Source: Bacteroidales bacterium
Lineage (GTDB): Bacteria; Bacteroidota; Bacteroidia; Bacteroidales; VadinHA17
NCBI GenBank assembly: GCA_024763075.1
Contig: JANTGF010000012.1
Location: 8,093-72,092, forward strand
Reading direction: 5' to 3'
Length of the DNA: 64,000 nucleotides
Made by a program: the position numbers and the translations under genes. Below, in pieces: positions 50,695-60,449 of the stretch. Under the pieces are notes generated by a model, which ran no database searches, had not been told where the DNA came from, and saw nothing but the letters and a program-made list of their open reading frames with translations. Each line of letters starts with the position of its first letter. The first letter of the stretch is position 1.

Positions 50695-51615
50695 ATGAGA
50701 AAAATCTTTCATTTTATTATTTTGTTTTTTCTTTCATCTGTCCTTACAGTTAAGGCGCAGGAGCTGCGTTGCAATGTTCAGCTTGTTACCCAGCAGATAC
50801 AGGGCAGTAATAAGCAGATTTTCAGAACATTTCAAACTGCTATTTACGAATTTATGAACAACCGGAACTGGACTCAGGATGTTTATGATGCTTCTGAAAA
50901 GATTGAATGTAATATTCTTATCAATCTTACGGAACAATCTGGGGGAGATCAGTTTAAAGGTAGCATTCAGGTACAATCAAGGCGTCCGGTTTACAATTCA
51001 AGCTACAGTACTACGGTTCTGAATTTCAGGGATAATGACTTTGATGTACGATACGTAGAAAATGAAACACTGGAGTTTGATGAAAATCAGCATTTGTCAA
51101 ATCTTACTTCTATTCTGGCTTATTATGCTTATACTATTATCGGACTGGATTATGATACTTTTTCACCTGAAGGAGGGACCACTTATTTGAAAAAAGCAGA
51201 GACCATTGTAATGAATGCTCAGAATGCGCCCGAAGGTGGCTGGAAAGCATTTGGTAGTTCCGGAAACCGGAACAGATACTGGTTGTCGCAAAATTTGCTG
51301 GACAATAATTATCAGCCGGTACGTCAGTTTTTTTATCAGTACCACCGTTTGGGTATGGATCAACTAGTTGCTAATGTGAATACAGGAAGAACCCAGATGG
51401 AAGAAAGCCTTAAACTTTTGCAGACCGTTTACCGGAATAAACCCGATCCCTATGTATTTTTATTACAGGTTGTTTTTGATGCAAAAGCAGATGAATTTGT
51501 TGAAGTATTTAAAGATGCTTTTCCCGATCAGAAAAGAAGAGTGTACCTTATTTTAAAAGAAATTAATCCGTCAAATATTAAATTGTATGATGAGATTAAC
51601 AAAACAGGAGAATAG
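50695..51615 (+). CDS. DUF4835 family protein (I recall this family being labelled T9SS-associated PorD in recent annotations; unverified)
   Basis: 306 aa with a signal peptide. The N-terminal ELRCNVQLVTQQIQGSNKQIFRTFQTAIYEFMNNRNWT is characteristic of DUF4835. Its position between coaBC and recN is also conserved. Confidence 0.6.
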   Translation: MRKIFHFIILFFLSSVLTVKAQELRCNVQLVTQQIQGSNKQIFRTFQTAIYEFMNNRNWTQDVYDASEKIECNILINLTEQSGGDQFKGSIQVQSRRPVYNSSYSTTVLNFRDNDFDVRYVENETLEFDENQHLSNLTSILAYYAYTIIGLDYDTFSPEGGTTYLKKAETIVMNAQNAPEGGWKAFGSSGNRNRYWLSQNLLDNNYQPVRQFFYQYHRLGMDQLVANVNTGRTQMEESLKLLQTVYRNKPDPYVFLLQVVFDAKADEFVEVFKDAFPDQKRRVYLILKEINPSNIKLYDEINKTGE

Positions 51616-51651
51616 GTCTTTTTCCTGATTTAAACCTTGCAGTATTTAGTT

Positions 51652-53313
51652 ATGCTAAAATCTCTGTTTGTACGTAATTACGCATTGATTCGGGAACTCG
51701 ATATAGAGTTCTTCCCGGGATTGACAGTGATTACCGGTGAAACGGGTGCAGGAAAATCCATATTGCTCGGAGCACTTTCTCTGATACTGGGGCAGAGAGC
51801 AGATTCTCAGGTTCTTCTTGATAAAAACAAAAAATGCATTGTTGAAGGGATATTTGATATTTCCGGATACAATCTGTCTGATTTTTTTACAGCAAATGAT
51901 CTTGATTATGATGATCAGTCCGGCCTGCGCAGGGAAATAAATAAATCAGGAAAATCACGGGCTTTCATTAACGATACCCCGGTGAATCTGAATGTGATGA
52001 AAGAGCTGGGAATGAGGCTTGTGGATATTCATTCTCAACATCATAATATCTTGCTGGGGAATAATGTTTTTCAATTGCAGGTAGTGGATACTTTTGCAAA
52101 AAATAATGTCCTGAGGGCGAAATACAGTGACACTTTTCATCAATACAGGAAGTTGACTTCAGAACTGGAAAGATTAACAGAAAAAGCCAGAAAAGCCAGG
52201 GAGGATCTGGACTATTATAATTTCCAGCTGGATCAGCTTGAAAAAGCACAGCTTGTGGCAGGTGAGGATGAAGAACATGAAAAAGAGTATGAGCTGTTAA
52301 GTCATACGGAAGAAATTGCTACTTCATTTTCCGGCATCTTGCATCATCTGGACGGTGAAGGTGAGTCAGTAATGAACAGGCTGAAAGATATAAGAAATCT
52401 TCTCGAAAGAGTCAAACCATTTTATCCGCAGGCAGAAAAGCTGCTTCAACGGTTTGAAAGTATCGATATTGAATTGAGTGATCTGTATTCGGAGTTTGAA
52501 TATGCAGTAAATGACCTTGAAAGTGAACCGGGAAGACTGGAGGTGGTAAAAGAACGGCTTGACCTTATTTATTCCCTTCAGCAAAAACACCATGTGGATT
52601 CGGTTTCAGATCTGATTCGTATCAAAGAAGAGTTACAGAATACCGTGGATTCCATTTTTTCAGATGATAATCGCCTGGAAGAGCTTGGAAAACAACAGAA
52701 AATGCAACTGGATGAGTTAGAAAAACAGGCCGGTGAGCTATCCGGAAGCAGAAAAAAAGTAATTCCTGTAATAGAAAAAGAAGTTGAAATTATTTTAAAA
52801 AAGCTGGGCATCCCCAATGCACGGTTCAGGATTCAGCATCATTACAGGGATGAATTTATATCAAGTGGTAAAGATCAGGTTGATTTTGTTTTTTCTGCAA
52901 ATAAGAATGCCGCCCTGCAAAATCTAAAAAAAGTAGCTTCCGGAGGTGAATTATCAAGGCTTATGCTCAGCCTGAAGTCTCTGATCACAAGTTCGGTAAT
53001 GATGCCGACAATTATTTTTGACGAAATTGACACAGGAGTATCGGGTGATATTGCCGATAAAGTAGGAGAAATAATTTCGGCTATGGCTGCGGATATGCAG
53101 GTTATTAATATTACACATCTCCCTCAGATAGCCGGTAAGGGAGAATATCATTACCTCGTTTACAAGACCGAGCATAAAAACTCTACTGAAACTCATCTTC
53201 GTCTGCTCAGCAAGAATGAGCGTGTGGAAGAGCTGGCCAAAATGCTCAGTGGAAAAGAACTCACAAATGCTGCAATGGCTAATGCACGGGAGTTGCTGGG
53301 TGTGCCGGAATAA
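51652..53313 (+). CDS. recN: DNA repair protein RecN
   Basis: The start is set at MLKSLFVRNYALI. Walker A GETGAGKSILLGAL, a long coiled coil, the signature ASGGELSRLMLSLK, and Walker B IIFDEIDTGVSG. Confidence 0.9.
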   Translation: MLKSLFVRNYALIRELDIEFFPGLTVITGETGAGKSILLGALSLILGQRADSQVLLDKNKKCIVEGIFDISGYNLSDFFTANDLDYDDQSGLRREINKSGKSRAFINDTPVNLNVMKELGMRLVDIHSQHHNILLGNNVFQLQVVDTFAKNNVLRAKYSDTFHQYRKLTSELERLTEKARKAREDLDYYNFQLDQLEKAQLVAGEDEEHEKEYELLSHTEEIATSFSGILHHLDGEGESVMNRLKDIRNLLERVKPFYPQAEKLLQRFESIDIELSDLYSEFEYAVNDLESEPGRLEVVKERLDLIYSLQQKHHVDSVSDLIRIKEELQNTVDSIFSDDNRLEELGKQQKMQLDELEKQAGELSGSRKKVIPVIEKEVEIILKKLGIPNARFRIQHHYRDEFISSGKDQVDFVFSANKNAALQNLKKVASGGELSRLMLSLKSLITSSVMMPTIIFDEIDTGVSGDIADKVGEIISAMAADMQVINITHLPQIAGKGEYHYLVYKTEHKNSTETHLRLLSKNERVEELAKMLSGKELTNAAMANARELLGVPE

Positions 53314-53386
53314 GTGAAACTCTCTGTAACTTCTATAATAAGAACCTGTTTTTCTGAGATTATTTTCAATCTTTCATAAATAATTC

Positions 53387-53394
53387 TATATTTG
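53387..53394 (+). promoter_or_regulatory. -7 promoter box TATATTTG
   Basis: Exact consensus match, 23 nt upstream of ATG 53417. Confidence 0.4.
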
Positions 53395-53416
53395 AGTGTT
53401 TAAAAGACCTGATATT

Positions 53417-54250
53417 ATGATTCATAATCAATTATTAAAAGGAAAAAAGGGAATCATCTTTGGTGCCCTGAATGATAAATCCATTGCATGGAAAATTGCC
53501 GAAAGAGCTTTTGAGGCCGGTGCTGAATTTACTTTGTCAAATGCTCCGGTGGCATTGAGGTTTGGTGAAATAAATGATTTGGCAGACAAATGTAGTAGCA
53601 AGGTTATTCCTGCCGATGCCACAAATATGGGTGATATTGAAACAGTTTTCAGTGAATCGATGGAATTTCTTGGAGGGAAGGTGGACTTTGTACTTCATTC
53701 CATAGGAATGTCACTAAATGTAAGGAAGGGAAATGTTTACAATGATTTGAATTACAATTATTTCCAAAAAACCCTTGAGGTTTCTGCCCTGAGCTTCCAT
53801 AAGATACTGCAAACGGCATTTAAAATGGATGCCATTAACGAGTGGGGATCTGTTCTTGCGCTTTCGTATGTTGCAGCACAAAGAACCTTATACGGATACA
53901 ATGACATGGCGGATGCAAAGGCTTTGCTGGAATCAATTGCGAGGAGTTTCGGGTACATCTATGGCCGGGAACGAAAAGTCAGGGTGAATACCATTTCTCA
54001 GTCGCCAACCCCTACAACTGCCGGGAGTGGCGTGAAGGGTTTTGGTTCTTTACTTGATTTTACAGAAAGAATGTCTCCCCTTGGAAACGCTACGGCTGAT
54101 GATTGTGCTGACTACAGCATCACTTTGTTTTCAGATCTGACACGGAAAGTAACCATGCAAAATCTTTTTCATGATGGGGGATTTTCCAGTATGGGAATGA
54201 GCTTACGGGCTATGACCCAGTATGATAAGAGCTTCAAGGTGAAAGAATAA
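53417..54250 (+). CDS. fabI: Enoyl-[acyl-carrier-protein] reductase (NADH), FabI
   Basis: LKGKKGIIFGALNDKSIAW (FabI-type dinucleotide motif), the Tyr-x6-Lys motif YNDMADAKALLE, and ISQSP. Confidence 0.85.
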   Translation: MIHNQLLKGKKGIIFGALNDKSIAWKIAERAFEAGAEFTLSNAPVALRFGEINDLADKCSSKVIPADATNMGDIETVFSESMEFLGGKVDFVLHSIGMSLNVRKGNVYNDLNYNYFQKTLEVSALSFHKILQTAFKMDAINEWGSVLALSYVAAQRTLYGYNDMADAKALLESIARSFGYIYGRERKVRVNTISQSPTPTTAGSGVKGFGSLLDFTERMSPLGNATADDCADYSITLFSDLTRKVTMQNLFHDGGFSSMGMSLRAMTQYDKSFKVKE

Positions 54251-54270
54251 GAAATGAATCTGTTACTAAT

Positions 54271-54300
54271 AAAATGCTCCGGAAGGGGCATTTTCTGTTT
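54271..54300 (+). terminator. Intrinsic terminator candidate after fabI
   Basis: AAAATGCTCC-ggaa-GGGGCATTTT (one G-U pair), followed by T-rich sequence. Confidence 0.5.
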
Positions 54301-54315
54301 CTTCTTTATTTTTTT

Positions 54316-54323
54316 TATATTTG
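54316..54323 (+). promoter_or_regulatory. -7 promoter box TATATTTG
   Basis: Exact consensus match, 23 nt upstream of ATG 54346. Confidence 0.4.
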
Positions 54324-54345
54324 CTGCACCTGATTTCCCTGACCT

Positions 54346-55617
54346 ATGACTATATTTCTTCTTGTACTGTTTTATTTGCTGTTTCCGGCTCTGATCATTT
54401 ATATTACCCGAAACTTTTCGTTGGCTGATAAAATCGGTGCCGTTGCAATTGCCTATGGTGTAGGTTTGATATTTGGCAGTATAGGAATTCTGCCGGCAAG
54501 ATCGGAAGATTTTAAAATTCTTTTGGGAAATGACTTTATGTTGCCTGCGGACCAGGCAATGAAATTGTATGAAACCGGGAAGATAACGATCAGTGATTTG
54601 CTTCGGAATAAAATTTCATCCTTGCAAAGTACCCTGAACGATATATCTGTTATCATTGCCATTCCCCTTCTTCTGTTTTCACTGGATCTTAGAAAGTGGT
54701 TCAAAATGGCAGGGAAAACCATTCTTTCTGTTTTGTTGGCCTTATTATCGGTTATTATTGTTGTATATGCAGGGTTTTTTATTTTTAAGGACAAAATTGA
54801 AGATCCTTCCAGCGTAGCCGGGATGCTAATCGGAATTTATTCCGGAGGAACCCCCAATGTGGCAGCTATTGGTAAAGCACTGGAGGTGGATCCTACTTTA
54901 TTTATTGTTGTTAATGCTTACGATATTATTATCGGGGCTTTTTGCCTGTTTTTCCTGATTACTATTGCGCAGCGAATATTTCTGTTTTTCCTGCCTGCTT
55001 TTAACCGGGAGGATGATACAGGTGAAAATATCTTAATCAGGAAAGAAACTTCTGATATAGATGATTACAGTGGGATGTTTAAAAGAGATGCCGTTTTTGA
55101 TATTTTAAAGGGACTGGGTCTTTCTCTGGTGGTGGTTGCTTTTTCAGCTTTTCTGGGAACCCTTGTCCCGAAGGAGAATGAAACTACTATAATCATATTA
55201 TCTGTAACCACGCTGGGTCTTGCATTATCTCTAATTCCAAAAATTAACAGCTTAAAAAAGACCTTTCAGTCAGGTATGTATTTGATCATCATGTTTTGCT
55301 TGATCATCGCATCCATGGCTGATTTAACAAACTTATTCAGGATAGAATATCTTGAAATTTTTCTTTACGTGTTTATGGTAGTCTTTGGTTCTTTGTTTGT
55401 TCATGTTTTGCTTTCAATGATTTTTAAGATTGATGCCGATACAGTGATCATTACTTCCACAGCTATGGTTTATTCTCCTCCATTTGTTCCGGTAGTTGCA
55501 GGTGCACTTAAAAATAAGGAAGTAATTATTTCAGGAGTTACTGCCGGCATGGCCGGTTATGTTCTGGGGAATTATTTAGGCATTTTTACGGGAGATTTTC
55601 TGATGGGTTTCTTATAA
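54346..55617 (+). CDS. DUF819-like polytopic membrane protein
   Basis: 423 aa with about 11 TM helices. GIYSGGTPNVAAIG and the C-terminal GYVLGNYLGIFTGDFLMGFL resemble the YjcL/DUF819 family as I recall it. Confidence 0.55.
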   Translation: MTIFLLVLFYLLFPALIIYITRNFSLADKIGAVAIAYGVGLIFGSIGILPARSEDFKILLGNDFMLPADQAMKLYETGKITISDLLRNKISSLQSTLNDISVIIAIPLLLFSLDLRKWFKMAGKTILSVLLALLSVIIVVYAGFFIFKDKIEDPSSVAGMLIGIYSGGTPNVAAIGKALEVDPTLFIVVNAYDIIIGAFCLFFLITIAQRIFLFFLPAFNREDDTGENILIRKETSDIDDYSGMFKRDAVFDILKGLGLSLVVVAFSAFLGTLVPKENETTIIILSVTTLGLALSLIPKINSLKKTFQSGMYLIIMFCLIIASMADLTNLFRIEYLEIFLYVFMVVFGSLFVHVLLSMIFKIDADTVIITSTAMVYSPPFVPVVAGALKNKEVIISGVTAGMAGYVLGNYLGIFTGDFLMGFL

Positions 55618-55736
55618 CCTTCTGCCTTTTTTATCCTCCGTAGCATTCTTTGATCTCCGGAGCATCCGCGAAGGTGATAGCGTAGGAGGACTTTCTGCCT
55701 TTTTCCTTCTGCCTTCTGCCTTATCCCTTCTGCCTT
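55618..55736. repeat. Satellite 'word 1' (CCTTCTGCC and variants, at least 5 copies) flanking an imperfect inverted repeat
   Basis: CCTTCTGCC occurs at 55618, 55705, 55712 and 55726, with the variant CTTTCTGCC at 55691. It fills the whole gap between two convergent genes. The inverse word GGCAGAAG recurs at 60450 and 60471. Confidence 0.7.
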
Positions 55737-57107
55737 CTAAAATAGGTAATTCAACCCGATATACAAACCACTGGTACCATCCCTTTTATCCAGAGCCATA
55801 CCGTAATCTACAGCCACAATAAAATTTTGATTCAGTGCAAACCGGATCCCTCCACCTGCACTGCTATGGAAGCTGTCGGTATCCTGGTCAAAGTAATTGG
55901 ATAGCTGATCCTCAGGTACCCCGCTTATGTCAAGTTCGTATTTTCCAAGAGTACGGCCGGTATCCAGAAATCCATTTAAAGCAATATATAAGTTTTGTTT
56001 TAAGAACCGGGTGTGAATAAATTTCCATCGAAGCTCAAAATTTCCGTAAAATATTGATTTACCCACAATTCTGTTTCTTAAAATTCCCCGTAATGTTTTT
56101 CCACCGCCTATTCCCTGTGGGAGGGCTCCTCTGTAATAGGTAAACATCATCAGTGGTTGAGCATAAAAGGGAGTCTTACCTGCAAGGGTAGTCTGATATC
56201 CCAGCCGGTAAGCAAATGACAGGTCTCTTTTAATGATTGTAAAATACTGCCGGTGGGTGATGGAAAGCTTTAAATGGTCATATTCCCCGTTTCCTAAAAA
56301 AGAAGGTGCACCCCTTAAAACAATTTCACTCCACATACCCTTCATAGGGTTGGGCTCATTATCCCTGGAATCAAAAACCACCCCGGCAGAAATATAATTT
56401 GCATTTCCTCCGTCCTTCTCATCCGGAGCAATGAGTCCCCAGTTTATATAATTTGTATAAATTGAAGTGTCGGGAAGAAGCTGGTCGTCCGGTTTTCCTT
56501 TATTCAGTTTATCCACATCCACCGTATTTACTTTAAAATTAAACAGGTTAATCCCACCATACCAGAGTAAATGTTTTCCTGCAAGCTTCCCTTGAAAATC
56601 CAGTTGAAAATGAAATATCTTCCTTTCGTGACGGTAAAACAAGCGGGAAACATAGTTAGGATCCTGATCATCTTCCCATTCCGGATGGTAGGCTACCTCA
56701 TAGCCGTTAAAACCATAAAAATTAATGGCTTTTTCCGTTAGATAACTCAGGTCGGCAGTAAGCCTTACGCCTTTGAGCAGATGTTCGGTATCATAAGCCA
56801 GCCTCATAATACCACTACCCTTGGTTGTTTGAGACCATTCGGCATATATGGAATGGTCATATTCGGGGTATCTGGTACTGTCGTACTTGTACAAGTTAAC
56901 AAGAGCGCCGTACTGAAACCCTATATCGGAGTCAAATGAAACAACCGGCAAAGCCCCGAAAGTCCAGCCATGTTTTAACTTCTCCACTTTTATTGAGTCA
57001 AGATCATGAGCTTCCTTTTCGGTAAGCGCATTGTCCGGATTTGTTTGGGAAAAAGCAGAGAAAAAAACAAAGAACAACAACGACAGGGTAAGGAGGGTAG
57101 TTTTCAT
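55737..57107 (-). CDS. Outer-membrane beta-barrel protein (BamA/TamA/D15 surface-antigen-like)
   Basis: The start is set at MKTTLLTLSLLFFVFFSAFSQ (signal peptide). The sequence shows an alternating beta-strand pattern and ends in the beta-signal ...GLYIGLNYLF. Confidence 0.6.
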   Translation of the reverse strand: MKTTLLTLSLLFFVFFSAFSQTNPDNALTEKEAHDLDSIKVEKLKHGWTFGALPVVSFDSDIGFQYGALVNLYKYDSTRYPEYDHSIYAEWSQTTKGSGIMRLAYDTEHLLKGVRLTADLSYLTEKAINFYGFNGYEVAYHPEWEDDQDPNYVSRLFYRHERKIFHFQLDFQGKLAGKHLLWYGGINLFNFKVNTVDVDKLNKGKPDDQLLPDTSIYTNYINWGLIAPDEKDGGNANYISAGVVFDSRDNEPNPMKGMWSEIVLRGAPSFLGNGEYDHLKLSITHRQYFTIIKRDLSFAYRLGYQTTLAGKTPFYAQPLMMFTYYRGALPQGIGGGKTLRGILRNRIVGKSIFYGNFELRWKFIHTRFLKQNLYIALNGFLDTGRTLGKYELDISGVPEDQLSNYFDQDTDSFHSSAGGGIRFALNQNFIVAVDYGMALDKRDGTSGLYIGLNYLF

Positions 57108-57251
57108 AGTTGATGAATTAAAATTTAAAGGTTTTAGTGAAATAAAAGTACAATATATTTTGAAAGTACAAAAATTATGTTCATTAACCCGCATTATTCA
57201 TGCATTTAGCTGTTTTGTTTTTATTATTTTAGCGGTTTAATTGTGAATGTT

Positions 57252-58493
57252 ATGGCAAAACTATTGTTGGAGAATATTAAATCGCTGATACAGGTAGAGG
57301 ATCATCCGGTTTCATGGGTAGCAGGTAAAGAAATGGATGCCCTTAAAACGATTGATGATGCTTTTTTATTTGTGAATGATGGTAGAATTGCTGATTTTGG
57401 GCCTTCCGGAAGTATAAAGCCGGAATACAGAAATGCTGAAATCATTGATGCGACCGGAAAGCTGGTGCTTCCTTCTTTTTGTGATTCACATACGCATCTG
57501 GTTTATGCAGGAAGCCGGGAACTGGAATATGTGGATAAAATAAAAGGGCTAAGTTATGAGGAAATTGCAAAACGGGGAGGTGGAATCCTAAATTCAGCCT
57601 TGTTGCTGCATAACACAAGTGAGGATGAACTTTTCAGACAATCTTCCGAAAGGATCAGGGAAATTATCCGGATGGGAACGGGAGCTGTTGAGATTAAAAG
57701 TGGCTACGGTTTGAATACGGAAGATGAGTTGAAAATGCTGAGAGTGATCCGGCGACTGGATGAGTCTTTCCCCATCCCGATTAAAGCAACTTTTTTGGGT
57801 GCACATGCGGTCCCCGCAGAATATAAAAAGAATAGAAAGGCATATGTGGATTTGGTGATTAATGAAATGCTTCCGGCAGTTGCGTATGAAGACCTGGCCG
57901 AATATGTAGATGTATTTTGTGACCGTGGCTTTTTCACTGTGGAGGATACAGAAAGGATATTAATGGCTGCGATGAAAATTGGATTGAGGCCGAAAATTCA
58001 TGCGAATGAGCTTGATTATTCAGGAGGAATTCAAACCGGCGTGAAATACAATGCGCTGTCAGTAGATCATCTGGAATATACAGGGGACGATGAAATAAAA
58101 GCATTACTTGGCTCGGAAACCATGCCAACCCTGCTTCCGGGTGCTTCTTTTTTTCTGGGTATGATAAATCCACCGGCCAGGAAAATGCTGGATGCCGGGT
58201 TACCCCTGGCACTGGCGTCTGATTTTAATCCGGGCTCATCCCCCTCAGGTAATATGAAAATGATCATGTCATTCGGGTGTGTGGATCTCCGGATGACTCC
58301 TGAAGAGGTGATCAATGCGGTTACAATTAATACGGCTTATGCAATGGGACTGGAGGAGGAGGTTGGAAGTATTTGCAAAGGGAAAAGAGCAAACTTTTTT
58401 ATTACAAAAGAAGTTCCGAATGTTCAGTTTCTTCCTTATGCTTATGGGAGTGACCTGATTGATACGGTAGTGCTTAATGGAGAAATTATTTGA
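57252..58493 (+). CDS. hutI: Imidazolonepropionase
   Basis: Motifs: PSFCDSHTHLVYAG (metal-binding HxH), KIHANEL, ALASDFNPGSSP. Confidence 0.9.
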   Translation: MAKLLLENIKSLIQVEDHPVSWVAGKEMDALKTIDDAFLFVNDGRIADFGPSGSIKPEYRNAEIIDATGKLVLPSFCDSHTHLVYAGSRELEYVDKIKGLSYEEIAKRGGGILNSALLLHNTSEDELFRQSSERIREIIRMGTGAVEIKSGYGLNTEDELKMLRVIRRLDESFPIPIKATFLGAHAVPAEYKKNRKAYVDLVINEMLPAVAYEDLAEYVDVFCDRGFFTVEDTERILMAAMKIGLRPKIHANELDYSGGIQTGVKYNALSVDHLEYTGDDEIKALLGSETMPTLLPGASFFLGMINPPARKMLDAGLPLALASDFNPGSSPSGNMKMIMSFGCVDLRMTPEEVINAVTINTAYAMGLEEEVGSICKGKRANFFITKEVPNVQFLPYAYGSDLIDTVVLNGEII

Positions 58494-58633
58494 TAGTCAT
58501 TCAATAGTCATTCAATAGTCATTAATAGTAATTAATGGTCATTCAATAGTTATTAATAGGTATAAGTGGTTGGTTAATAGTAATAGGAAGTCTATCAATA
58601 GTTATAAATGGTGATGCGATTAATGGTAATGCA
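58494..58633. repeat. Degenerate 10-11-bp tandem array T(A/G)GTNATT(C/A)AA, about 12 units ('word 3')
   Basis: TAGTCATTCAA TAGTCATTCAA TAGTCATTAA TAGTAATTAA TGGTCATTCAA TAGTTATTAA TAGG... The array begins directly after the hutI stop and ends about 50 bp before ftcD. Confidence 0.75.
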
Positions 58634-58686
58634 AATTATGTCAGGTATAAAAAACGATTGAAGTAATAATATCAAAAAATAGGAAA

Positions 58687-60369
58687 ATGAAACAAATTAT
58701 CGAATGTGTCCCCAATTTCAGTGAAGGAATGAATATGGATATCATAAAGCAGATAACAAATGAAATTGAGTCTGTGGAAGGAGTACGTCTTTTGGATGTG
58801 GATCCGGGTAAAGCCACAAACCGTACGGTAGTTACCCTGGTTGGGTCGCCTGAAGACGTAGTTGAGGCTGCATTCCGGGGGGTGAAAAAAGCAGCAGAAT
58901 TAATTGATATGAGTAAGCATCAGGGAGAACATCCCCGCATGGGTGCCACAGATGTTTGTCCCCTTGTTCCGGTTTCAAATATCACGATGGAGGAAACAGT
59001 GAAATACGCTCGCAAACTTGCCAAACGAATAGGTGAGGAACTGGACATCCCGGTTTATTGTTACGAGAATGCTGCTGTAAAAAAGGAGTGGCGGAACCTT
59101 GCCTTTGTACGGTCCGGAGAATATGAAGCTTTGAAAGACAAACTTGCAAAACCGGAATGGAAACCGGATTACGGTCCTGCCAGATTCAATAAACAGGCCG
59201 GAGCCACTGCAGTTGGGGCAAGAGACTTTTTGGTAGCCTATAATGTTAATTTAAATACTACATCTACCCGCAGAGCCAATGCCATTGCCTTTGACGTCAG
59301 GGAAAGGGGTCGCGTGAAAAGAGAGGGAGACCCTGTTACTGGGAAAATTGTAAAGGATGAAAACGGAAATCCGGTACATGTCCCCGGAACCTTGAAAGAG
59401 GTGAAAGCCATTGGCTGGTTTATAGAAGAATACGGAGTAGCTCAGATATCAATGAACCTGACAAATATTTCGGTTACCCCTGTTCACATTGCTTTTGACG
59501 AGGTATGTAAAAAAGCAGAAGCCAGGGGGATCAGGGTAACCGGCTCTGAATTGGTGGGCCTTATACCCCTGAGTGCCATGCTGGATGCCGGTCGTTATTT
59601 TCTGAAAAAGCAAAAACGTTCGGTGGGTGTTTCCGACAGGGAACTGATAAAAATTGCGATAAAATCAATGGGGCTGGATGAGCTGTATCCTTTTAAACCG
59701 GAGGAAAAGATTATTGAGTATATGCTTGCAAATAAAAATGATAAACATCTGGTAAGCATGACACTTGAAGATTTTATGAACGAAACGGCTTCGGAATCTC
59801 CTGCCCCCGGCGGAGGATCGGTCTCTGCATATATGGGCTCATTAGGAGTTGCCCTTGGTACAATGGTAGCTAACCTCTCCTCACATAAACGGGGCTGGGA
59901 TGACCGTTGGGAAGAGTTTTCGGATTGGGCAGAAAAGGGGAAGTCCTATCAGGAGGAGCTGTTGAAAATGGTTGATGAAGATACCCGTGCTTTTAACAGA
60001 ATCATGGATGCATTTCGTTTACCTAAAAAATCAGAAAGTGAAAAAGAACTAAGGAAAAATGCCATTGATGAGGCCACGAAAAATGCCATCCTTGTACCTT
60101 TTAAGGTGATGGAGATTGCATACAACTCCATGGAAGTGCTGGAAGAAATGGCAAAAATTGGCAATCCTAATTCCATTTCTGATGTGGGTGTGGGTACCAT
60201 GGCCGCCAGGGCTTGTGTACGTGGTGCTTTTTTAAATGTAAAGATTAATGCGTCCGGCCTTGATGATCAACAATTCATTGAAGATATTCTGGAAAAAGGG
60301 AAAAGGATAGAAAAAGCGGCTTATGCTAAAGAAACCGAGATACTACAAATCGTAGAACGTAAGATTTAA
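58687..60369 (+). CDS. ftcD: Bifunctional glutamate formimidoyltransferase / formimidoyltetrahydrofolate cyclodeaminase
   Basis: 560 aa. The N-terminal IIECVPNFSEG is the hallmark of the formiminotransferase domain. The C-terminal roughly 200 aa are helical and cyclodeaminase-like (SESPAPGGGSVSAYMGSLG). Confidence 0.85.
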   Translation: MKQIIECVPNFSEGMNMDIIKQITNEIESVEGVRLLDVDPGKATNRTVVTLVGSPEDVVEAAFRGVKKAAELIDMSKHQGEHPRMGATDVCPLVPVSNITMEETVKYARKLAKRIGEELDIPVYCYENAAVKKEWRNLAFVRSGEYEALKDKLAKPEWKPDYGPARFNKQAGATAVGARDFLVAYNVNLNTTSTRRANAIAFDVRERGRVKREGDPVTGKIVKDENGNPVHVPGTLKEVKAIGWFIEEYGVAQISMNLTNISVTPVHIAFDEVCKKAEARGIRVTGSELVGLIPLSAMLDAGRYFLKKQKRSVGVSDRELIKIAIKSMGLDELYPFKPEEKIIEYMLANKNDKHLVSMTLEDFMNETASESPAPGGGSVSAYMGSLGVALGTMVANLSSHKRGWDDRWEEFSDWAEKGKSYQEELLKMVDEDTRAFNRIMDAFRLPKKSESEKELRKNAIDEATKNAILVPFKVMEIAYNSMEVLEEMAKIGNPNSISDVGVGTMAARACVRGAFLNVKINASGLDDQQFIEDILEKGKRIEKAAYAKETEILQIVERKI

Positions 60370-60449
60370 TCAGCAAAAAGCGAACCGGCCTTTCCATCCT
60401 CCACCTGACTTTCCATTGTCCAACGGACATGGAAACGTCACTTGGTAAA

